A stretch of DNA of 32,000 nt from Erysipelothrix larvae. GTDB taxonomy: Bacteria > Bacillota_I > Bacilli_A > Erysipelotrichales > Erysipelotrichaceae. Where the stretch lies: contig NZ_CP013213.1 in NCBI RefSeq assembly GCF_001545095.1, positions 630,001 through 662,000 of the forward strand. The letters are read 5' to 3'. The notes under the pieces are model-generated. The model was given only the letters and a program-made list of their open reading frames with translations. It searched no databases and was not told the DNA's origin. This document shows, piece by piece, positions 25,585 through 32,000 of the stretch. Made by a program: the position numbers and the translations under genes. Each line of letters opens with the position of its first letter. The first letter of the stretch is position 1.

Positions 25585-26220
25585 ATGACTAACTATTATA
25601 TAGAATGCCTTGAGACATTAGAGACCCTAATGGAAGCGGGGAAATTGGAAGAAGTAAATCGAATTTTAATTCAAGAATTAAACATGCCCTATGTGCCAGA
25701 ACCATACTTAACGAAATTTAACGAGCTTAAATCACGTGTTCATGAGTCAAGGGGAGGTTCACGTAAATCATTGTGTTTTGATGAAATCATTGACCTACTA
25801 CAAAAAGACACAACGTCGCAAATGGTCGCCTTGAGTTCACTGGAATCGATGAATTTGCACCGGTATCAAGGGGATATCAAAGAACTTCTTGAATTAAACA
25901 CGCTCGATGATGTTGTGAAAAAACATATCCTGATTTGTTGTAAAGAACAGAATTTGGATATGACTGTGAAAATTCAAATGAATGGAAGCGAAGTGAGTGT
26001 TGATATAGCACAGCTTCAAGATCCATTCACCAATCCAAAGTATCTTGAAATCTATCAAGCACTCAGTGAAACATTTGAAGTAAATAACCCATCAATGTTC
26101 GCAATTAGTCTTGAAGTGCTCAATGGACGTGTCTTTGAAGCATACCCATTTTGGGATGATTCACTGGATGCTACGTCGATTGAAAAGCAAGTAAATACGT
26201 TTTTTGGAATTGATGTATAG
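25585..26220 (+). CDS. Hypothetical protein (helical, acidic)
   Basis: 211 aa with AAAGGA upstream. I recognise no motif with confidence. It sits immediately upstream of tig. Confidence 0.45.
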   Translation: MTNYYIECLETLETLMEAGKLEEVNRILIQELNMPYVPEPYLTKFNELKSRVHESRGGSRKSLCFDEIIDLLQKDTTSQMVALSSLESMNLHRYQGDIKELLELNTLDDVVKKHILICCKEQNLDMTVKIQMNGSEVSVDIAQLQDPFTNPKYLEIYQALSETFEVNNPSMFAISLEVLNGRVFEAYPFWDDSLDATSIEKQVNTFFGIDV

Positions 26221-26283
26221 TTAATGCGCAGTTATTTTATTTTTGATAAAATATAGATGAATCAATGTTTTAGCACTCATTTG

Positions 26284-26311
26284 TTGACAGTGCTAATTAT
26301 TATGTTATAAT
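26284..26311 (+). promoter_or_regulatory. Sigma-A promoter of tig
   Basis: TTGACA (26284-26289), 16 nt, then TATAAT (26306-26311), preceded by TGT. It lies 22 nt upstream of the tig ATG region, which has a GGAGGA RBS. Confidence 0.6.
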
Positions 26312-26333
26312 AGTTTCGTACCAGGAGGAATAT

Positions 26334-27608
26334 ATGAAATCTACATGGACTTTAAATGAAAACTCAACAGGGAAATTGATCGTTGAGGTTGAACCAAAAG
26401 CGTGGCAAGAAGCGCAAGAAAAAGCGATGGATGCTTTAATTAAGAATGTTGAAATTGAAGGATTCCGTAAGGGCCATGCACCTAAGAAATTGGCTGCAAA
26501 ACAAGTAAATCCACAAAGTGTAATGCTTGATGCGGTAAACGTTGTCGCAAATGATGCATTTGTTGCAGGGATTGTTGAACACAAATTAGAACCTGTATCA
26601 CAACCTGCTTTAGACATTCAAGCAATGACACAAGAAGCATTAACACTTACATTTGATATCACCATTAAACCAGAAGTTGAATTGGGTGAATACAAAGGGA
26701 TTAAAGTTAAAGCTGAAGAAATCGTAGTAACTGATGAAGAAGTTGAACACGAATTAACACACATCCAAGAAGAAAACGCAGAATTTGTTGTCGTTGAAGA
26801 AGGCGTTGTTGAAGATGGTAACACAGTTGTTATCGACTTTGAAGGATTCAAAGACGGTGAAGCATTCGAGGGTGGTAAAGGTGAGAACTATTCATTAGAA
26901 ATCGGTTCAAACTCATTCATTCCTGGATTTGAAGAAGCATTAATTGGATTAAAATCTGGTGAGGAAAAAGATATTGAATTATCATTCCCAGAAGGCTATC
27001 ATGTTGAAGAACTTGCTGGACAACCTGTTGTATTCCATGTGGTACTGCATGAAGTAAAAGTGCGTGAGTTACCTGAAATCAATGATGACTTAGTAGCATT
27101 ATTAGAAGACGAAAGCATTTCAACACTTGATGAGTTGAAAGCGAAGATCAAACATGATCTTGAACACCAACGTGAACACCAAGAAGAAGATCGCGTGAAC
27201 GATGTATTGGTTAACACAATCATTGAAAATGCGAAGGTTGATGTCCCTGAAGTAATGATTACTGAAGAACTTGACCAAATGTTTAACGAATTCAATCAAC
27301 GTCTTGCCCAACAAGGTATGAACTTTGAACTTTATTCACAAATCTTAAATCAAACTGAAGAAGATGTTAAAGAACAAATGAAGGAAGATGCTGACAAGCG
27401 TGTTCGTACACGTTTAGTTCTTGAAAAGATCGCAGATGTAGAAGGCTTAAAAGCTGAAGAAGAAGATGTTGAAAAAGAATATGAGTCAATTTCACAAATG
27501 TATGGCATTGAACTTGATCAAGTAAAACAAATTGTCTCAGTTGAAGCAGTAACTTATGAATTGTTATTGCGTAAAGCGATTGAGCTCGTACAAAGTACGC
27601 GAGTTTAA
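26334..27608 (+). CDS. tig: Trigger factor
   Basis: 424 aa. The N-terminal ribosome-binding signature is GFRKGHAPKKL. A central FKBP-type PPIase reads VVIDFEGFKDGEAFEGGKGENYSLEIGSNSFIPGFEEAL. The C-terminus is acidic. Confidence 0.95.
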   Translation: MKSTWTLNENSTGKLIVEVEPKAWQEAQEKAMDALIKNVEIEGFRKGHAPKKLAAKQVNPQSVMLDAVNVVANDAFVAGIVEHKLEPVSQPALDIQAMTQEALTLTFDITIKPEVELGEYKGIKVKAEEIVVTDEEVEHELTHIQEENAEFVVVEEGVVEDGNTVVIDFEGFKDGEAFEGGKGENYSLEIGSNSFIPGFEEALIGLKSGEEKDIELSFPEGYHVEELAGQPVVFHVVLHEVKVRELPEINDDLVALLEDESISTLDELKAKIKHDLEHQREHQEEDRVNDVLVNTIIENAKVDVPEVMITEELDQMFNEFNQRLAQQGMNFELYSQILNQTEEDVKEQMKEDADKRVRTRLVLEKIADVEGLKAEEEDVEKEYESISQMYGIELDQVKQIVSVEAVTYELLLRKAIELVQSTRV

Positions 27609-27633
27609 AAAAAGGACGCGTTGCGTCTTTTTT
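27606..27633 (+). terminator. Terminator or attenuator hairpin between tig and lon
   Basis: AAAGGACGC-GTT-GCGTCTTT is followed by TTT. The stem is short, so read-through into lon is plausible. Confidence 0.45.
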
Positions 27634-27655
27634 AACCTAAAAAGGAGGGACCGCA

Positions 27656-29971
27656 ATGAGCGAAATGAATACAATGAATGTTCCTGTTGTCGCAACAAGA
27701 GGGATTATTCTATTCCCAAACCAAGAAATATTAATTGAAGTAGGACGCGATAAGAGCATGAATGCAGTTGAAGAAGCCGAAAAATTCTTCAATGGTCATG
27801 TACTTTTAGTCAGCCAAACGGATATTATGGTCGATGAACCCCATGAACAAGATTTGTTCAAATATGGTACATTGGTTCAAATTAAAAATGTAAAACGCAA
27901 AACAGGATTCTTACGTGTAACCTTTGGCGGATTACAACGCGCACGCATTGATTCATTAAATGAAGACAGTCAAATGTTCTTTGCGAGTGTTACACTTCTT
28001 GAAGATGAGATGGGTGACCACGATGAAGAAGTTGCATTAATTCGTACGATTACCAATGAAATTCAAAAAATGTCACCACAAAATGTCAGCATTCCACGTG
28101 AGATTGTCAATCAATTTACGATGGGAATTTCTTCAACACAGCTTGCAGATCAATTCTCACAATACTTCCCATTACAATTGGATCGTAAACAACAATTGCT
28201 TGAAACTTTAAATGTGAATGAACGTTTAATGATGATTATTCAAGAAATTCAACGTGAGAAAACACTCACAACCATTGAATCGGATATTAACGAACGTGTT
28301 AAAGGACGCATTGAAGAAAATCAACGTGAATACTATTTGCGTGAAAAGATGCGTGCGATTCGTGAAGAATTGGGTGATGTGGCTGATGTGGGTGAAGATA
28401 CCGATGAATTCCGTCAGTTAATCGAAAACAACCCATATCCTGAAAACATTAAACAAAAAGCACTTGAAGAACTTCAACGTTATGAAATGTTACCGCAGGC
28501 ATCCGGTGAATCGGGTGTGGTGCGTTCTTACTTAGAATGGCTCTTAAAAACACCATGGTGGCAAGAAACCAACGATGATGAAGATCTCAACAAAGTGCGT
28601 AATGTCTTAGATTCTGATCATTATGGACTTGAAAAAGTCAAAGATCGTATTATGGAATACCTTGCTGTGAAGCAAATGACGGGTACCCTTGATGCACCAA
28701 TTCTATGTCTTGTAGGGCCTCCAGGGGTAGGGAAAACATCCCTTGCAACCTCAATCTCACATGCACTCAACCGTAAGTTTGTGAAAGCATCTTTAGGTGG
28801 AGTTCGTGATGAAGCAGAAATCCGTGGACACCGTCGTACTTACTTAGGATCAATGCCAGGTCGTATTATTCAAGGGATGAAAAAAGCAGGTGTTGTTAAC
28901 CCTGTATTCCTTCTTGATGAAATTGACAAAATGGCATCCGACTACAAAGGCGATCCATCAAGTGCAATGCTTGAAGTCTTGGATCCAGAACAAAACAAAC
29001 TCTTTAGCGATCACTACTTAGAAGAACCTTATGATCTTTCGAAAGTAATGTTTGTCGCAACCGCAAACTACTTAGGTGATATTCCTGAGGCCCTTCGTGA
29101 CCGATTGGAAATCATTCAACTCAGCTCATATACTGAAGATGAGAAAGTAAATATTGCCCGTAAGCACTTAGTACCAAAACAACTTCGTGTTAATGGATTA
29201 AATGAAACACAATTCACACTCAGTGATGACATGCTTCGTTACCTAATCCGTCACTACACACGTGAAGCAGGGGTACGTCAATTAGAACGTGTCATCGCAT
29301 CACTATGCCGTAAGACGGTACTTGCGATTCTTAAAGATTCAAAAGCATCCATCGATGTAACCGAAGCCATGATTACTGAATGGCTTGGTAAGACAATCTT
29401 TGAGTATGGTCAAAAAGAACAAAAGAATCAAGTCGGTGTTGTGACTGGACTTGCGTATACCTCATTTGGTGGTGATGTACTTCCAGTTGAAGTAACCTAC
29501 TTTGACGGTAAAGGTCGCCTTATTGTTACAGGACAATTGGGTGATGTGATGAAGGAATCTGCAGAGATTGCCTTTGGATTTGTGAAGAGCCATGCGAAAC
29601 AACTTGAAATCGAATCCGATTTCTTTGAAAAACATGACATCCACATTCACGTTCCTGAAGGAGCGGTACCTAAAGATGGTCCATCTGCAGGAATTACCCT
29701 TACAACCGCATTGATTAGTGCCATTACAAATCGTGAAGTTTATTCAGATATCGCAATGACGGGTGAAGTTACCCTTCGTGGTAATGTTCTTCCTATTGGT
29801 GGTCTCAAAGAGAAATCTCTTGCAGCACATCGTGTGGGGATTAACCGCATTGTGATTCCAAAGATGAACATGAAAGATATGGATGACATTCCTCAAGTTG
29901 TGAAGGATAGTGTCAAATTTATTCCGGTTGAATCCATGGAACAAGTGCTCAAGGAAGCACTCGTTCAATAA
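27656..29971 (+). CDS. lon: ATP-dependent Lon protease (LonA)
   Basis: 771 aa with a Lon N-terminal domain, Walker A GPPGVGKTS, Walker B FLLDEIDK and the protease Ser motif PKDGPSAG. Confidence 0.95.
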   Translation: MSEMNTMNVPVVATRGIILFPNQEILIEVGRDKSMNAVEEAEKFFNGHVLLVSQTDIMVDEPHEQDLFKYGTLVQIKNVKRKTGFLRVTFGGLQRARIDSLNEDSQMFFASVTLLEDEMGDHDEEVALIRTITNEIQKMSPQNVSIPREIVNQFTMGISSTQLADQFSQYFPLQLDRKQQLLETLNVNERLMMIIQEIQREKTLTTIESDINERVKGRIEENQREYYLREKMRAIREELGDVADVGEDTDEFRQLIENNPYPENIKQKALEELQRYEMLPQASGESGVVRSYLEWLLKTPWWQETNDDEDLNKVRNVLDSDHYGLEKVKDRIMEYLAVKQMTGTLDAPILCLVGPPGVGKTSLATSISHALNRKFVKASLGGVRDEAEIRGHRRTYLGSMPGRIIQGMKKAGVVNPVFLLDEIDKMASDYKGDPSSAMLEVLDPEQNKLFSDHYLEEPYDLSKVMFVATANYLGDIPEALRDRLEIIQLSSYTEDEKVNIARKHLVPKQLRVNGLNETQFTLSDDMLRYLIRHYTREAGVRQLERVIASLCRKTVLAILKDSKASIDVTEAMITEWLGKTIFEYGQKEQKNQVGVVTGLAYTSFGGDVLPVEVTYFDGKGRLIVTGQLGDVMKESAEIAFGFVKSHAKQLEIESDFFEKHDIHIHVPEGAVPKDGPSAGITLTTALISAITNREVYSDIAMTGEVTLRGNVLPIGGLKEKSLAAHRVGINRIVIPKMNMKDMDDIPQVVKDSVKFIPVESMEQVLKEALVQ

Positions 29972-29972
29972 G

Positions 29973-30545
29973 ATGCTCCAAGCACAAAATGCGCAGCTGA
30001 TTCTTTCTGCTGCGCATTCTTCTCAATTCCCCGAAACTACAAAACCGGAAGTTGTAATGGTAGGGAAATCAAATGTTGGGAAATCATCCTTGATCAATGC
30101 ACTGACTAACCGAAAACGTTTAGCTTATGTGGGTCAAAGACCTGGGAAAACACGACTCATTAATTTCTTTGATATTAATGAAGATTTATTGCTTGTGGAC
30201 GTTCCAGGATATGGCTTTGCCAACCGTTCGAAACAAGAACAAATCGACTATGGAAAACTCATGGACTCCTACTATCAACTCAGACATCCAGCCTTAATGC
30301 TTTTACTGGTAGATTGTAGACGAGGGATGGCAGATGAAGATTATTTAATGCTTGAGTTTGCCTTTCACCATGACATTGATACCGCAATTGTACTCACAAA
30401 AACAGACAAATTATCACGTTCAAAAGTGGTTTCACTGCAACGCAACATCGAACGGGATACGGATCTTGAAGTGTTTTTATTCAGTGCAATTGGTCCCAAT
30501 CAAGTTGATAAAATAACAAACCGAATCCAAAAGGTCTGTCGCTGA
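29973..30545 (+). CDS. engB: Ribosome-biogenesis GTPase EngB/YsxC (YihA)
   Basis: G1 is GKSNVGKSSLINAL, G3 DVPGYG and G4 TKTDK. The ATG at 29973 lies 1 nt after the lon stop. The track start at 29910 lies inside lon. Confidence 0.9.
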   Translation: MLQAQNAQLILSAAHSSQFPETTKPEVVMVGKSNVGKSSLINALTNRKRLAYVGQRPGKTRLINFFDINEDLLLVDVPGYGFANRSKQEQIDYGKLMDSYYQLRHPALMLLLVDCRRGMADEDYLMLEFAFHHDIDTAIVLTKTDKLSRSKVVSLQRNIERDTDLEVFLFSAIGPNQVDKITNRIQKVCR

Positions 30546-30557
30546 CAGCCCTTTTTT
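30533..30557 (+). terminator. Intrinsic terminator after engB
   Basis: GGTCTGTC-GCT-GACAGCC (one bulge) is followed by TTTTTT (30552-30557). It overlaps the engB stop. Confidence 0.5.
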
Positions 30558-30587
30558 ATTGCTGAAACATCTGTTTATCACTGAGTA

Positions 30588-30616
30588 TTGAAGAGTCCAT
30601 CCAAATGTGGTATTAT
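30588..30616 (+). promoter_or_regulatory. Candidate promoter of the T-box leader
   Basis: TTGAAG (30588-30593), 17 nt, then TATTAT (30611-30616), with TGG immediately upstream of the -10 box. Confidence 0.45.
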
Positions 30617-30622
30617 AACTTC

Positions 30623-30851
30623 AACGTCGATGAACAAGAGGTTTCGTAACAAACCATAGACAAAGCGAGCTGGCACAGGTGAAAGACAGCCTATGTGAGG
30701 GTATGAAATGTAGCTTGGGAGACGATATACAGAAAAAACGAAACATACAAGTATGTATATCCGTAATCTTGCGTTAAAAGAACGAAAGGCATCACAGGAT
30801 GCAAATTAAGGTGGTACCGCGATAACATCGTCCTTTGGAGGGTGTTTTTTT
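30623..30851 (+). ncRNA. T-box riboswitch leader (tRNA-sensing transcription attenuator), presumably tRNA-Val specific
   Basis: The canonical T-box sequence AAATTAAGGTGGTACCGCG is at 30803-30821. A terminator helix (CATCGTCC...GGAGGGTG) plus a T-run at 30845-30851 follows. Stem I distal elements AGCGAG...GGTGAAAG are at about 30664-30685. A candidate GUA specifier lies at 30710-30712, but this is uncertain. valS is downstream. Confidence 0.8.
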
Positions 30852-30873
30852 ATGTTTAAAAAGGAGACTTAGT

Positions 30874-31416
30874 ATGAAACATTGGATTGAAACTGAACGT
30901 ATAATCCTAAGACCAATTACCCTTGAGGATGCGCGTGATATGTTTGAGTATGCACACGATCACGAAGTGTGTCGCTATGTAACCTGGGATGCGCATCAAT
31001 CGGTGGAACAAACTCAAGCCATTATTCGTGATTTCTTTTTACCAAAAGAATCCAATGAAGCATGGATTCCCACTTTTGCGGTAGTCCTTAAAGACACCCA
31101 TAAAATGATTGGAACCTGTGATACTGTGGCACCAATAACGATCGATGGTAACGTAGAAATTGGCTATTCGCTAAACAGAACATATTGGAATCATGGCTAT
31201 GCGACGGAAAGCTGTAAAGCTTTATGTGCCTATCTCTTTAATGAAGAGGGTGTCCGTCGCATCAAAATACGACACCATGTAGATAACATTGGGTCACGAC
31301 GTGTTATTGAGAAATGTGGGTTTATTAAAGAAGGCGTCGAAAGACAACTGGTGAAATTTGAAGATGGCTATGCTGATATTGCCATTTACAGCATGTTTAA
31401 GGAGGAATTAAAATGA
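30874..31416 (+). CDS. GNAT-family N-acetyltransferase (RimJ/RimL-like)
   Basis: 180 aa from the ATG at 30874 (AAGGAG 7 nt upstream). The track TTG at 30835 lies inside the T-box terminator. The N-terminal pattern [14 protein letters not shown] and the acetyl-CoA region WNHGYATES are typical of this subfamily. Confidence 0.85.
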   Translation: MKHWIETERIILRPITLEDARDMFEYAHDHEVCRYVTWDAHQSVEQTQAIIRDFFLPKESNEAWIPTFAVVLKDTHKMIGTCDTVAPITIDGNVEIGYSLNRTYWNHGYATESCKALCAYLFNEEGVRRIKIRHHVDNIGSRRVIEKCGFIKEGVERQLVKFEDGYADIAIYSMFKEELK

Positions 31417-32000
31417 GCGACTTATCAAAAAAATATGAACATAAACAAGTAGAAGAAGGGAAGTATCAAACCTGGGTTGAAAAGGGATATTTCACTGCAG
31501 GTGATTCATCAAAAAAACCATATTCATTAGTAATACCACCTCCAAATGTAACGGGTAAATTACACTTAGGGCATGCGTGGGATACAACCCTACAAGACAT
31601 CATCATGCGTTATCAACGCTTGTTAGGTAAAGATGTCTTGTATCTTCCAGGTATGGATCATGCAGGCATCGCAACGCAAGCAAAGGTTGAAGAAAAACTT
31701 CGCGGCCAAGGCATTTCACGCTATGACTTAGGTCGTGAAAAATTCTTAGAAGTATCCTGGGATTGGAAAGAAGAGTATGCAAGTCATATTCGTGAACAAT
31801 GGGCGAAAATGGGGCTCTCTTTAGACTACACACGTGAACGTTTCACACTTGACGATGGGCTAAGTGAAGCTGTTAAGAAAGTGTTTGTTGATTTATACAA
31901 TGACGGGTTAATATTTCAAGGATACCGAATCATTAACTGGGATGTAGAAGCACAAACCGCCCTTTCCAATATTGAGGTTATCCATAAAGAAGTCGAAGGC
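31413..32000 (+). CDS. valS: Valyl-tRNA synthetase, N-terminal 196 codons (continues beyond the window)
   Basis: This frame is absent from the track because it runs off the window. Hand translation reads [30 protein letters not shown]...[21 protein letters not shown] (HIGH motif)...[11 protein letters not shown]. The ATG overlaps the GNAT stop as ATGA (31413-31416), and AAGGAGG lies 7 nt upstream. Confidence 0.95.
   Translation, partial: MSDLSKKYEHKQVEEGKYQTWVEKGYFTAGDSSKKPYSLVIPPPNVTGKLHLGHAWDTTLQDIIMRYQRLLGKDVLYLPGMDHAGIATQAKVEEKLRGQGISRYDLGREKFLEVSWDWKEEYASHIREQWAKMGLSLDYTRERFTLDDGLSEAVKKVFVDLYNDGLIFQGYRIINWDVEAQTALSNIEVIHKEVEG

Noticed and set aside
26300-27738. Ser/Thr-rich antisense ORFs 26300-26617, 26618-26851, 26999-27295 and 27120-27314, plus 27556-27738 (+)
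   Set aside because: They are artefacts of the GAA/GAT-rich trigger-factor coding strand. 27556-27738 spans the tig terminator and the lon RBS.
4516-30835. N-terminally extended starts given by the track (4516, 6320, 7776, 12883, 15318, 16642, 18196, 19021, 29910, 30835)
   Set aside because: Each extension starts at a GTG, TTG or ATG without a Shine-Dalgarno sequence. Each either overlaps the preceding gene or swallows the real RBS or terminator. Downstream ATGs with well-spaced GGAGG-like sites were preferred.
29462-31833. Track ORFs 29462-29650 and 29744-29968 (antisense to lon) and 31603-31833 (antisense to valS)
   Set aside because: They lie within highly conserved housekeeping genes.
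1-32000. CRISPR arrays, tRNA or rRNA genes, retron-like or other structured ncRNAs apart from the T-box
   Set aside because: I saw no regularly spaced direct repeats, no cloverleaf-like GC-rich 70-90 nt segments and no rRNA-like conserved blocks. Absence by eye is not proof, so tRNAscan and Infernal would settle it.

Overview
This is a low-GC Firmicute-type chromosomal segment. The tig-lon-engB order and T-box control of valS point that way, and Erysipelotrichia is only a guess. It has three parts. (1) About 1-14200 is an accessory-looking block. It holds the 5' part of an HTH/PRD-type regulator, a tyrosine integrase killed by an in-frame stop, an apparently intact IS21-family element with 53-bp terminal inverted repeats and a 5-bp target duplication, a decayed IS3-type transposase relic, a DUF368 membrane protein and a PadR operon. 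It also holds the main item: a four-gene operon at 7782-14127 whose architecture and motifs match the SMC-like Wadjet (JetABCD, also called MksBEFG or EptABCD) anti-plasmid system. I read this as a member of that known family, not a wholly new system. Any novelty would lie in lineage, subtype or context. (2) About 14200-25500 carries transport and metabolism genes: an EIIC-only PTS permease, a DapB-like oxidoreductase, a MerR/GyrI regulator, PNPOx-like and HAD proteins, a complete sucrose regulon (scrK-scrB, scrA, scrR) and a truncated sigma-factor-like ORF. (3) About 25500-32000 is housekeeping: tig, lon, engB, then a T-box leader driving a GNAT acetyltransferase translationally coupled to valS. 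I recognised no rRNA, tRNA or CRISPR array. All calls come from hand reading of the sequence and the ORF track, and no database search was run.
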